Notes: a model not told the origin generated them from the sequence alone. Shown: positions 1 through 12,834, counted from the stretch's first letter. The stretch: 64,000 nucleotides of DNA from Tubulanus polymorphus (GCF_964204645.1 NC_134031.1:15611807-15675806), one strand, 5' to 3'. A program made the numbers and translations.

Positions 1-75
1 TCGTGCGACTTATAAACTAGTTAACCTATTAAGAACTATTCGTCTGGTTTTACTTGTTTAAGGGTCCATACGTAC

Positions 76-139
76 CGAGTTGCGATATACCCACCAGAGC
101 TAAAATGAACGCGAGTCCGTCGCCGCCATTGCGGTGCAT
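76..139 (-). CDS. Possible first (signal-peptide-like) exon of a gene running off the left edge, MHRNGGDGLAFILALVGISQL
   Basis: ATG at 139-137, hydrophobic stretch, phase-1 donor G|GTACGT at 76/75. No downstream exon is visible in the window. Confidence 0.3.
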
Positions 140-634
140 TTTGTCGTGATACAAGCGGCACTTCGTTTGTTCGTCGTCGAAGTCATAAACTCATCCGCAA
201 GCCGATATATCATAACATTATGTGAAATTATAACCACGTTCGGGTGACAGCCGCTATGGCAAATATGTGATAACGAACTAACTAGAACACGGTAGCGTGT
301 AATGAAATACAACACAGATAAATCGCTGTTTGATAGGGCCATAAAATGTGCGTAATTTTATGTTTTTAATTTGGAAAATATGCCTCAAGATGATTGCCAA
401 CCTTGTAAACAATTCGCGCGATTATCGTTGTCAGAGAAATTGCGCAATTTTTCTTCAAACGGCGCGCGTGGGAATGGCAAATAACGTCGTGTGGTTGAGA
501 AACAAAGCGTCATTATTTCCCTCAATGATTCCCTCAACGACAAGATAATCACCAAATGAATGAAGATGCTAGATTACACGTGTATGTAGGAAATTTATTA
601 TATCCATTATTTAGGCATCATTATTCCAGTCATT

Positions 635-1609
635 TTACTTTAAGGGGAAAGGTATTTTAGTCTTCTGCGCGTAAAGAGTGTCGCGAACTACGTCATCTTC
701 ATCGGCATCCGGGCCGTTATTCTTGTCCTCATTGAACATTCTATATTGTATACTATTCGGATCTATTTCCCAGTTCGAGTTGTCGGCGCTGGTCCGTAGT
801 TTCTCTCCGTACAGATTCGTATTGTCTAGATTACGATTGCGCCAAATTCGGGCTTCATTCTCGGCTTTATGGCGTTCGATTGAGTTAACTTCGACGTTCC
901 AATTTTGCGAGAATGTCCCGACCAGTTTCTCCCATTTCTTCTGGACTTCTTTCAGCCACTTGATATGTTCTTCGCTTCGATGACCTAGAAAATAGAAAAC
1001 AAAAAAGATTCTTGATTATTACTAGAATATATCTCACGTGTACACTAGGAATACGGTTTTTATCAGCGCATATTTCACAGCGCCATTGCCTCATAGTTAG
1101 ACATTAGTTGATTCAGCAATTTGACATAATTGTGACGGAAGCGAATTGATATTTTCAAGATACACGATTACCCGATTTTCGTTCGCTAGGTTTAACATGA
1201 CGTTGTCGATTTTCCGCAGTTCCTTCTTTACCTTTCTTTCCTTTCGCTGTTCTTCTTTTTTTGCTCGCTTCGGAAAGATCTTTTCTTCCCTTCGACGAAC
1301 TCTCTTTTCCAGTTACCACGCTTGTAGATTTGGCTTTTCGATTCGGCTTCTCTTTTCTATATTTTTCCGCGGTAATTTTTCCCGATTTTCCCGTTACTTT
1401 CGTAGGTTTACGTTTTTGCTCTTCGGTAGGATCGAACGGTTCCCACGGACCCCAGTCGTCGGGCTTCGGCAGCTTCGATTTCTCGATCATTTTCCGCCAT
1501 TGTTTGTAACTTCTCGGTAAGGTTTTATCATACTTTGCCCACTGTCGATAGAGCACCAGTTTGAACTTGGCCCCGTACTTCTTTTTCAGTGCAGCCGGCA
1601 ACGAGACCC
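635..1609 (-). CDS. Two 3' exons (1609-1172, 984-635) of an uncharacterised Lys-rich, then acidic, protein; 5' end not resolved
   Basis: Acceptor ttctaag| at 1610/1609, donor TCGG|gtaatc at 1172, acceptor ttttctag| at 984. Both exons are open in the joined frame (VSLPAALKKKY...KSG-HRSEEHIKWLKEVQKKW...IPFPLK*), stop at 637-635. Confidence 0.55.
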
Positions 1610-1744
1610 CTTAGAAATATCAACGGAGACAATTAAGTGATATAAACGCAAATCATATTCGCCAGTCGCTTTGAAATATTTGAGAAAAAAATCAAAGTGT
1701 TTCTTATATGTTTCTTGTTAATGATATCTAACTATTTCAATGAG

Positions 1745-2517
1745 CATGGGCGGCACCAGAGGGGGTCGGCGGTGCGAACGACCCCCTCTTTAAAAATTCC
1801 CAAACGATCGTCGCATAGAGAATAGACCTCGATAAAGCGGTGGCAGCACTTTATGAAAGATGCAAATCTCATATCTGAGAACTAACACACTGTTTGTTTG
1901 CTTATTATCTTTTAAACTGTATGTTGTCGTGAAGTCTGATTCTATTGATATCGTCTGTTTTGTAAAAACAAACATGGACTCCATCCATGATATTACTTGC
2001 CTTCACGTGTGACACATAATTAAAACCAATTTCAGTCCTTCACTAGTAATTAAAGCATAGGCCCTATCATATTAAACAGCCGTCAAATTTAATGGGTTAA
2101 ACTTTTAATAGCAGATGTCTCAATCGGCAAGTGATAAAAGTTGTATCCGTGATATTGCGAAACTTCTCAAATAGCTGTTGCGAGCCAGCTACTGCCACGT
2201 GACAAAGGGTCTCGCTTCGAACTGTGCCAGTTTGAAGTGGCACGCATTGTCGAACATGTCATATGACAAGTAGCGTTTGTCATGAAGCCTAGAATATTTC
2301 TGCAGATCCCGCTCGGGTGCGGGAAAAATATTAGATGGGATCATTAATATTTGTGGATTAGGTCCCGTTGTTCTCGACGTATTTGTTGGTAATAGGCCTA
2401 GTAGATTGCGCCAGAATGCATCTCCTTCGGCCAGCAATTTTTATGCGTTCCTTCGGCTACTTTTAGTTAAATATTACGTACTCGACCCCCCATAGAAAAT
2501 TCCTGGTGCCACCCATG
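1745..2517. mobile_element. Non-autonomous DNA transposon (~773 bp)
   Basis: TIRs CATGGGCGGCACCAG / CTGGTGCCACCCATG; flanking direct repeat ATGAG at 1740-1744 and 2518-2522. Confidence 0.7.
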
Positions 2518-3219
2518 ATGAGCGACATTCAAAAATAAAACGAATGACAAGGTAAGCAAGGGTGGTTCGGATATGGAATGAAAAGTGCCTGTATATACCC
2601 TCTCTTACGGATATCGTTTTTCAGCGCCTTATCTTAGCGGTAAATTCTAGTGTAAAGTCAACGTATGCAAATTCTACTAAAACCTTTTGTGGCATATCCA
2701 AATCTCCGTGAAATTTTAGCCGACTGTACGACCGTGTTTGATCATCGAATCCATTAGCTTCCACCGAAATATACATCTTAGCGTCGGCTTTTAGACGGGT
2801 TTTAGAGGGATTTATAGGTCTTTTTAGCTTCCAGACGACTACTCGAATGAGTTCCATAGCGCTGGTATCGCTATCTATGAACGAAGCTGAACAACGTTCT
2901 CGCTGTGTTGTTCCTATGATATCGTTTTTTTCCTGAAGGAACACGCATTCGCAATCTATATGTATCGAAGTCAAGAGATCGATGTCGTTTTCTTATGCAT
3001 TTATTCAAAAAGTTATTGACATACAATATATAAGCGTCGTATTATCTATTGATGATGTACACAACAACATAATGCGATGAAGTACCCTGTAAGTATCTGA
3101 GAACATCTAGCCAAAGAGTTGTTTTCCTATTCATACGGATTGCATGTTTAGATCTATGAAGTCTAATACTAAAAAAAATTCTTAAAATCTGTCTAGGTTT
3201 GTTAGTCGCGAAAGGCACT

Positions 3220-6200
3220 TTAAACGAAACGGTTCAATGCGGTTACTGTTACCAGGGACAGGGCGGAAAAAATGAAATAACGGAAATCAGCAGCATGCAG
3301 CGTAGGACTGGAACCGAAAGCCGTGTTATTCCAGGTCCATTTGCTGTAGCAAGATGTGAAATCACACTGTGTACCTGGACCTCGTGGCAGAGAACGATCA
3401 GCCACGATACCATTCTTATACTTAATACCATCGGCTGTCAAAGTATATCGAGAAAAAATGCGGTTAGAGATCATGTTCTATTACAATTTCATTACACTTC
3501 AATCTACATCGAAAGGGAGAATTATCTTTAATTGTGTTTTCTTGAAAACTATGTGTCCAGAGCCTGTTTACGGAATCACATTACTACATTTAGTTTCATT
3601 CTTATGTCCCTTCAATAATCTTACACAACGTACAGTACATGAATGCCCGTGTGTATAGCACGGGGCCCCCAGAATTCTAGAAAAATACAAGGATGCTATT
3701 ATATATAATGGACGTATTGACTAGGGTTGAACTCTTGCGATTTTTAAGTTTTCTTATAGACGTCGAATAAAACTCACGAGGACAGAGATTACAGAAGATC
3801 GGACACATGTCGTAGATAGCCGTCGTTTTACAGTCGTACGCCTCGCAGTTGTTATTGGGAAAGTCAATCGGGTTCCGCGTACAATCAACTAGGTATAGAA
3901 TTAAAAATAGAAACTCTTTCACTTGTATCGTGGTGCATAAGCCGCGATTCTATGAATGCCGAAGTTAATTAATTGGAGTGGGAATTATATAGATGTATAT
4001 TTATATACGATACGTACGTTGACAGTCGTCTCCCGAGACCCAGGGAAGCGTCATACCCCCGGCGTAAGTACACTTGCATGTACACGTTTTCGGATCCAAA
4101 ACGCCTCCATTTAGACAAACCTTTCCGCCGCAATCTAGAAATATATAGAAAAAGAAATCAGGTTTTAGCGCACGTGTCCTCTTAAGCGTGCGTGCTTAGG
4201 ATACAGTTCTGATATTAGATAATGGATATTGGCTATTTTTAACAATATCGCTAAGAGCAAGCAGTATTTTTTCAACGTCCATTGATGATCGAGTTTTATG
4301 TGTTTGTTTTTTTTTTGTACTGACCACATAATCCCGTCACGGAATCATAATTACTGCCGCAGTCTTCGCCTCTTTTTCCGCGTACGAACGGCCGGAATTC
4401 CAGCCCGAATGCGTTCGGCTCATTTCCTCTACACGTTAAGAACAGAGACGCAGAAAAAAATATCTTATTACAGAACGCGTAACACGAAAAGAAACGTTCG
4501 CGGTTAACAACGATTCATACGGATAAAAAATCCCAAAAAATGAATGAACTCACGCGGGTGCATAGTTGCATACGTGGTTTAAACCGTTGTTTCCATCAAA
4601 CGCGCACGTAGCCATTCCGCAACCGACTTTTATCGTGGAAGCCCACACGACCTGGAATTAATAGAATCAATTTAATATTTAAAGGGCTCAGTAATGGCTG
4701 AACTAAAATTCAAACCAGTTCCATATTTGATATTTGTGAATACATCACATATGAAAATGAATCTTACACAATATTCTATTTTGATGGCATATGCTCTTTA
4801 AACGTGCAAATGTAAATGATATATTTTCTCCAATTTTTATGGTATTACCCTAACATCGTGAAGCATGGTATTCCTGGGTCCAGTTGCATGCTCGTGATTT
4901 AAGTCCAAAAGTGGTCTTAAATCTTAACTCTTGGCTTTTAAGTTGTTAGATGGGCCAAAGAACTTAGTTCGCCTAATACTGTTGTCCAAGCCCTGACTAT
5001 GCAACTGGCCCCTGAAGATCACTATTAGGATAAAATCGAAAGACTTCGGGCTTATTCTTATTACTTATTGTGGGATTTTGATTATGCCTATGTCCTAGGC
5101 GCTGTAAGTTCAAAGCCTGCTTGAGCGGTGATGGTATGATCGTAACATTTTCTATGAACTATGCTTAAAGTAACTTTTCAGATAGTACAGTTTTGTATAT
5201 GTGAGAGAGTGCATGGAACTGTGAGTGGATCTTTTTTCTATTTCTAATTATCTAATATAACATTTTGATTTGGGGTGGTGAATACTACTAGCTATGCTCT
5301 TCCCCTCTGATAAATTATGTCAATCTATACTTAATTTTGTACAACAACGTACATCATTTGTTATGAATTGCTATAATTTTTAGAAAATACACAACAACAA
5401 TATACCTGGGTAAAATGCCCAGCTTCAGTGCCAGGCTTTGATTTTCCTGTTGTCCAATCGAAGAAGGGGATCTCATCGTACCACAGTTTGACGGCATCGG
5501 CCCACGAAAATGCGCCGTACGCCAAATTCTGACCGGTCGCATATTTACCTAAGAACCAAAAACTAATGAGAATTTGCTGGGGTTTTTTTCTGATAACGAA
5601 TGAAGGATTTTCTAGCTGCTTTGATTTATCAAAACTTAACCAGAAGTAGTTGTCTACTAACCTGGAATCATACGTTCCATGTTACTATCGTGTTCCATTA
5701 GTTTACACCTATCCGCCAGATTCTGAGCGATTCGCGCAGCCTCGTCGTCCCAATACTACGGAACCAGAGGAAAAAGAGTTTTTAGCAAATACTAGCTGTG
5801 TTTTATATGTCAGCAATAACAAACTTCGTTTTTGAACTATTATAATCATAATGTAAGCTTTAATTCATTTAATTTGAAAAAAAATGAATTTAAATTTCTT
5901 CAAAATTGCATAATATCAAACCTAAGCTTAGCTTTCGTATATAAAATACTGATATTATTTGTGCACACAAGGCTCGGTCCCGGACCTCTGGTGTTTAAGG
6001 CGATCGGCCACGGAAGGGTCATGATTTCCCTTTCAGGACTAATCAGGACTCATATCGCAGTCAACGGCTTTTTCGGATGTTGATCCGATTGTTCGGATGT
6101 TCCGACGAGCAAAAGGCAAATAAGTGGCCACCCAAATTTCAAAAAATTTTAAACTTATTATCCGCTTATAAACCCATGAAACATTGTCAAACTATGAGGA

Positions 6201-8169
6201 GAGAATCCCACAATGATAATAAAAAAAAGTCCGAAAAAGAAACTTCGAGATAGTAGTTTATTTCAACGTTTCGACTATATCCTAATAGTCCATTATTCCT
6301 GAAGATGACTATTAGGATATAGTCGAAACGTTGAAATAAACTACTATCTCGAAGTTTCTTTTTCGGACTTTTTATTATTATTGTGGGATTCTCTCCTCAT
6401 CGCGTCAACACGGATATAGCGTTCTACCAATCGTGATTGTCAAACTAAAAAAGGAGCTGTCATCTATGTTTAAACAGATAAAGGAAAACACGAATTAAAA
6501 AAAATGTCTTCAGCTTCGAAAACCGAATGTCGGTTTTCCGTTTTTGATTGACATTTCTTTCGTGATTGTGATATTTTCTCTGGTCGTACGACGACACTTT
6601 TTTTTTCTCTCGCGTTCCTGTTTTACGGACGCCAACGACTGCCATTTATTATCATTACCATTTTCATCATCATTTTCGGTTCGGGCAACACCTTTCCCCG
6701 GTACGCGTTGTGCGTATCGAGTATCACTTTAATATCGTCGGCAGAAACTCCTAAAAAAAGAAATTGATACACGCGAGAAAAAATTGACGAAACTTTCCAC
6801 GACAAGCGGCGATTCTATTTATCATAACGTTCTGACCTCTCGGTTGGTTTTTGACGTATTTGTTTCCCCACAGGCAAAAGGAACTGGTGCCGACTATGGC
6901 GCGATATTTGGCCGGACACGCCTGCAAGTGAAAAAAATGGATTAGAGCGAGTAAGTAATTTATATTTTTACCATGAATATGTACAAAATTTATGATAAAA
7001 AGATTCAATTAAAAGCAGTGAAGTACATATACAGACGAAATGAGCCTGGACAGAGCGATAGAGGCTCCAAAAGGATGACTTTGTTCAGATACCCGTTACG
7101 AGCAGTATAAAACGTTTTTGTACATACAAATGTAGGAAACTGTCAATCAATTGTTAAAACTCTTGAAATCAAAACGTTCAAGTCTCAAAATTGTAAATGT
7201 AGTTTAGAAAATAAAAACTTTCATCCGAAATAAAGAAATATTTTGCATAGTCTATATTCCCAACAAATGTTTTTTAGTCAATTTACAATTGTGTTACTTC
7301 TTATCTCGCCGCCAAAAAGGCACTTACGTTTTCTCCGAATACCAACTCGAAAAAGTTACCTAAAATGATAAATTAGATTTGAAAGATTCCGGTCGAACTA
7401 ATGTCATTTTAATTACACCACAAGTCATTCTCACGTTGATATACTTCTTTGTAATCATTTATGATTAATGTTCATACGCGATTTTTTGAAGAAAAAAAAA
7501 CCAAACAGTAGGACGTCGTCGACTTTGAACAATTGAAACTGTACGAAAACTGTGCGTTATTTTCCCAGTGAAATGGACGTATCATCATCAAAATTCTAAC
7601 CACGTATCTTAGGGTTTTGAGAGGTAACACGGTTGTTTTCCTCCGTTACAGTTATGATAATTAGCAACCTATTTGTCAATGTCACGCGCGGAGTAATGCC
7701 GCCAAGCCAGACGTAGCCTTGACTACCGTCAGCATTATTCAGAATTTACTACATCAATCGAATTAATTAAATGTTGAATATGTGCTTATGAAAATACAGA
7801 TTTCGTTACTTGGGTTCGCTTGATTGTTTTTGTAACCTATAATATATAAAACTTTATACACTCTAACCGCTTAGCTACGATTAGAGTGTTACGCCCAATT
7901 CGAACTCTATGACTATAGCTGATGCGAACCCACCATTGATTCCGAGGTTTTAATTTAGCCTCGTGGCTAGAGAGACCTGAACGGCTAACTGGTCTCCAAA
8001 ATCTGCATCCCCCTGATCTATCATAAGGCCGTCGTCGAGGTTGATTTCTAAGATAATGAATTAGAACCCAAGTTGTACAAGAACCCAATTATTCAAGCGT
8101 ATATAGTAAATACTTACCTGCTATCAAAAGCAGCAGCAAAAGATTCGGACACACCTTCTCGGGGCGCAT
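3220..8169 (-). CDS. CAP/SCP-domain (CRISP-like) secreted protein with EGF-like and ShKT domains and a hydrophobic, GPI-signal-like C-terminus. Exons 8169-8118, 7359-7328, 6921-6837, 6750-6659, 5755-5662, 5548-5406, 4651-4554, 4428-4325, 4134-4018, 3888-3778, 3434-3220
   Basis: Phase-consistent GT-AG splicing. Signal peptide MRPEKVCPNLLLLLLIAG; CAP motifs HNAYR, YWDDEAARIAQ, GQNLA, WYDE, GHFTQVVWASTIKVGCG, VCNYAPAGN; EGF-like CLNGGVLDPKTCTCKC; ShKT-type 6-Cys C..C..C..CPIFCNLC. Confidence 0.9.
4877..5011. mobile_element. PIF/Harbinger-like MITE
   Basis: TIRs GG(T/G)CCAGTTGC / GCAACTGGCCC and 3-bp TSD CTG (4874-4876, 5012-5014). Related copies at 22116-22222 and ~59514-59665. Confidence 0.7.
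6195..6435 (+). mobile_element. Penelope-like non-autonomous fold-back element with hammerhead core and 3' tail
   Basis: ~95-bp near-perfect inverted arms (6195-6290 / 6307-6400), unpaired 35-nt tail 6401-6435, 12-bp TSD ATTGTCAAACTA (6183-6194, 6436-6447). Confidence 0.8.
6293..6338 (+). ncRNA. Minimal hammerhead-ribozyme-like motif
   Basis: CTGAAGA (6299-6305), T, stem II GACTAT/ATAGTC, GAAAC (6325-6329), GTT. The palindromic AACGTT stands in place of helix III. Confidence 0.65.
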
Positions 8170-11146
8170 GTTGTTGTTGATCAGTCGTCAATTCGACAAT
8201 GCACAAGTGTTTGTTTACCTGGAGAAAAAAGCTGAAATGAAAGAGACTCTCTGACGAGGCGCGCTATTGATATATAGAATATCCGTATAATCTTTCATTC
8301 AATCGATACGCAGATTATGAAAATGCCGATATCTTCTTTGTCTGTGGGAGCTTTTAAAAACAACCATCTGTTCTCATTTTACTGTTAAATATACATCTTT
8401 ATAACGAACGTATAGTTCATAAATGCACGTATGGTAGGTAAGTCCTCGCGGTGTCAGTGTTTCCCCAACCACCCGATATGATTGATGATGTTCATAGCAA
8501 CGCCGCAGAAATCATGTCCTAATCTGTTTACATCACGTTGATACAAACTTGTTTGAAATGCTCCCTTTGAAAAAAGCCACATCGATCAACAATCATTGTT
8601 AAGAAAATACCCCGCTCCTTGATCGAGTGTGCTGCCTTAGGTAGCCTTTTCTGGGGAGACCAATTCGTCCAAACATACCTGCTACATACCTTGAGTTGAT
8701 TCGATTTAAATAACCCAGATACTGTTTGACAGTTTTATATCTATTTTTCCTTGACCTGGCGTTGTAAAGAACGAACCTCTTTATACTAGCAAAACGACCA
8801 ACACCGAAATACACCCTTAATTTCGAACCTGTGATTCAACTCACACGCTGCAAATAATCTTGAATCGATTTAAATTCCGCGCGATATTTTCGCCCATATT
8901 CCTGTATAATGTAGTTTAAACAAAATCACACGTTTTTCATATACGAAATCCTTTAAAAAGGATTTAATGACCTCCTTGTTTTAACCGTTTTGCGAATCGG
9001 TACGGTGTTCATCGTTGAAGTTTATTCGACAGAAATAACGCACAAACGAAATAAATAAAACAACAAAAATGACGAGTAGCGGCCACTAGAAAAAAAAGCG
9101 TATACTATTTCTGTAGCTGACGATTAGTCAAACAGAGGACACCATGTCATTAATCATAGGGATCGTATGCAGTATTCATTAAACTGACAATTCGTTGGAG
9201 AAAAAAATAGAATTGGGAACGTAGGTTATGATTGAATACATGACGACTATACTATCAGTCCGTTGTAACTTTCGTTACGAACTGAAATCATGATTGATGA
9301 CCTGTTGGACTGGTTCCATTATAGTCGCCACTTCGAAGTCCAGCCCTGGTTGATTTCTGATTCGCACGATGTGGTTGTTAGTGTTGACATGTCAGGATAT
9401 CCAATACGATAACTTTTGGATCACAAATTTACTGGAAACTATGCTGAAGGTCCATGAAAGACGTTCACACGAAATTGCAAACATTGACCCTTCCCAATAT
9501 CCACGGAATTTCCACATTCCACTCCTTCCCTCTTCTTCCCCGTTCCCTCCCTCGTTCTTGTCCATCGGAAAAAGAAGACGTAGGACCAAAGACATCGGAT
9601 ATCCAGTCATGGAAAAAATTGGTTTTTACTTGATCATCTATTATACACTCTGGATTACAGTTTGTTATTCGAAACATTATCTTAAAAACAGATATGATCC
9701 GTACTGCATGTGAACTATTACCTCCTCTAATTCACAGTTGAAGTAACACTCATCCAAATGAATCACTAAATGATTTGTTCGGGCTTACAGGAATTATACA
9801 GGGAGAAAAAGGATGTCCACTTTCGAACAATCTCTGCCCTCAAGCGTGGACGTCTTTTATGGACAGCCCCTGAGAAATCTGTTACTTCACTAGCTTCTAC
9901 CCACGAAGAAAAAAACTGCCTTACCTTACTTCTGACTATGTATAGCAAAACCCTCTCTGAATTAGAATAATATCACTGTACAGTTTTGATATAATCCTTA
10001 TTTTGATGAAACATTGCGTTGAAAACGATAGCATGAAATCCAGTTAGCGTTTTACATGAAGATGACGCTGATGTAGTATAAAACGGCGCGCTTCAAACAG
10101 TTCAAAGTACAGTAATTATAAAGTCATCAGTGTCAAACTTTATTAATATGGAAGTATTGAGTCATTGTTTGATATTCATTAGCATTTCGTGCAGATGTTT
10201 TGAAAGTCTGTCGTTTCTGTGTCAGCGCCGTTCGTCTTAGTATTATTAACATTTATCTGAACAGGATCATTGTTGCTTTATTTTGAAACAGTGAAATTCA
10301 TCGTGTTTCTTTGCGTATTCTATAAGTTCCACCGTGAACAATACACGCCAGATGGTATGTCAAAAGCCGAAAAAGTCACTAGTATCCCAAGCAGACTTGA
10401 AATTGAAATTTATTTTCATTGTTACATTATTGGACGTAACATGTATTGATATTCCTACCTGACTTGGGTGGAGTTTCCCCCCCTTCTAACCGAATGCCCT
10501 TTTGAAAATCCCTGCCGAAAAATTCCACCCGTCTCTGACCTATGACGAAAGTCCACAGTCCACAGTACCGCTTGTAGCAGTAACATGCACCTCTGCAAGC
10601 GTATCGAGCCTTTGGCGCTCACCAGGACTATTAAGTGCCTCTTGCCTTTCACATGAGGTCAAAAACCCTTTTCTTCCACCCCTACCTGATAACGAAAAAA
10701 CACGAAAATGTTTATGGCCGAAAAATACAACCACTGCTTACACAATGTATTCGAAAAAAACTCGCAAAAGCATCCATCCATTGATTTTTTATCTACAGCC
10801 TAATAAATAGGTCCAGTGTTTTTGTTGCAGTAACTTAACATCTTTTAATGATGGAGCTGTCTCAAAGTAATTTCCTTTTACGCTCAGACAATAATCAGCA
10901 GTTGAATGTTTTACTTACAATGTGGATTGAATGTAAGTTTCTGAATCTACAGGAAAGAAATATGAAACGAATAAATACTAGGACGTTGAATCGCGTAGTT
11001 ATGATTTCTGAAGTCCGCTTTGTAACGACATAATAAACGGAAATGTTTCGATATCATACATTGAGGATATCAGTCAATTTCGAATGTTAATAGAGTAAAC
11101 AGTTTTAGTCATAAGCGCTGTTCTAATGTTTAGATTAGTTTAGTCT

Positions 11147-11812
11147 TCATCTGATGATGGTCTCGTTATTTTCTGTTGCGTCGTCATCTTCGTGGTTCGA
11201 CGCGCATTCCGATAGCCAACGGAATATACGCATTTTAGTGGACTGGTCCAGAAACTTGTCGGCATTGTTCGGTAAAGGGAACACGAATACCGGCGGCGGT
11301 TGGCCGGCATCGTCCACGACTTTATTAAACCGCACTTTTTTCGTGGCTGATTCTGAATCGACGCTGTGCCTCCTGGCGTTTAGTCTGGACGGCAGACGCC
11401 CTGATGGACGCCGCGCGGTTCGGTTTTGCGCTTCCGAAGTCGATTTTCGGCCCGTTACATTCGGGGTTTGTAGAACTTTATTGCGCCGTTCGAATTGTCG
11501 AAGCGTCGACATGAAGAACTCGGTGGGAGAGACGTCGGTGTGAGGTGCGTTCGCTTTTTCGGCTTCGTCTCGGCACCAGCCGTTGATGCGACACTGACGG
11601 GAAATGTAATACGATCTTCGGCGAACTGAGTCGCCGCCGTTTTCTCGGCTGGTCTGCTGGTAATGCTGAGACACGCGGGAGTTACTTTGCGGATTTTCCG
11701 CGCGCCTGTAAAGTCGGCTCGACGGGGAATTGGTCAATCGCGGACTCCTCGAAACCGGTAAATCTTGCCGAGACGCGTGAAACGCCAGACTACTCGGTGT
11801 CAGATGCATCAT
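11147..11812 (-). CDS. Uncharacterised Ser/Arg-rich, probably disordered protein (221 aa, single coding exon)
   Basis: 666-bp GC-enriched ORF in AT-rich flanks; acceptor atttcag| just upstream (~11823) and a candidate non-coding exon donor at ~12406; C-terminal motif KMRIFRWL. Confidence 0.6.
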   Translation of the reverse strand: MMHLTPSSLAFHASRQDLPVSRSPRLTNSPSSRLYRRAENPQSNSRVSQHYQQTSRENGGDSVRRRSYYISRQCRINGWCRDEAEKANAPHTDVSPTEFFMSTLRQFERRNKVLQTPNVTGRKSTSEAQNRTARRPSGRLPSRLNARRHSVDSESATKKVRFNKVVDDAGQPPPVFVFPLPNNADKFLDQSTKMRIFRWLSECASNHEDDDATENNETIIR

Positions 11813-11879
11813 ATCAGCTTTCCCTGAAATATCAAGACACCTTTATATTCAATTTTACATCACGTACATTTTTTACCCT

Positions 11880-12035
11880 AAGATATTTGTTAGTGACATT
11901 TCAAGGTGTCTGAACATCCTTCTGGATATACAGCCTTAATGCCTCTACCCAGGCTCCTGTCACCTCAATGTCTGGTAACCTATTTTGTTATCATTCATTT
12001 TGTACATATTGATGGTGACAAATAAACTACTAAAT
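11880..12035 (+). mobile_element. Probable 3' end of a non-LTR retrotransposon
   Basis: Intronic segment of distinct composition ending in AATAAA followed by a ctacta-like tail. Confidence 0.3.
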
Positions 12036-12834
12036 TAACGACATCGATAACTCACCACTATGTGATATCGGGGGTAACTTAAGCATAATGAAGCCTTCTT
12101 AAGTTATTGTACATATGAAGTCTATAGTATACGAACTAAACTAATTCTCGCTGTGTAGTTAAACACCCGTGCGACTTATTATTATTTTTATTATAACACG
12201 AGTCATTAATGGTCAACGTCCAGTGATTCTCCGCTGCCCCGTCGCATTGACTTTGTTTATCGGCGTAAAACTGCTAAATCAAGATCCCCTCGAAATCTAT
12301 AAAGCCGGACAAATTGTCGCTTTGTTCGTTGTTTACCAAAACTGCAGACGGTTTATACTCGCTTAGCTACATTTTATAATTAATCTTATAATAGAAATTG
12401 TATTACCTTGAGACGGGTTTCTTAAAGAATCACGTGAATACTATTTATGTATGACGTATAGAACGTGTCAAATTCAAACCCCAGGCAATATAAACGCGCT
12501 ATTACGTACCGAGATATGGGGTATGCGGGAGATTATAGAATATATATGGTGACTTCTTTGGTTTCTTGGAATTAGGTTCTTAATTCGTGATCGCTCACAT
12601 TATGCCTTAACGGTTCAAGATTTCCACGAAATTGACTTCGAATCCAAAGGATCCAAATTGCTTTTAGATAGCCTTGTTATGTTGGCTTAGTCAAAAATGA
12701 AAAGTTTTGTCAAACCCATGCCCAGTTTTTGGCTTATGTTTGATACAACTTGAGGTGTCAAAAGTGTAAATTTGTATTCAGTTATGTCTATAACTGATGG
12801 GTCTGTTTAATATCGTTAGCTTGATCATGATTTT

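Noticed and set aside
1790-2437. ORFs 1790-1984 and 2189-2437 as exons
   Set aside because: Both lie inside the TIR/TSD-bounded element 1745-2517 and show no recognisable motif.
9300-9970. Cluster of short ORFs on both strands
   Set aside because: No coherent domain or splice chain; part resembles a MITE end (ggggctgtccataaaa).
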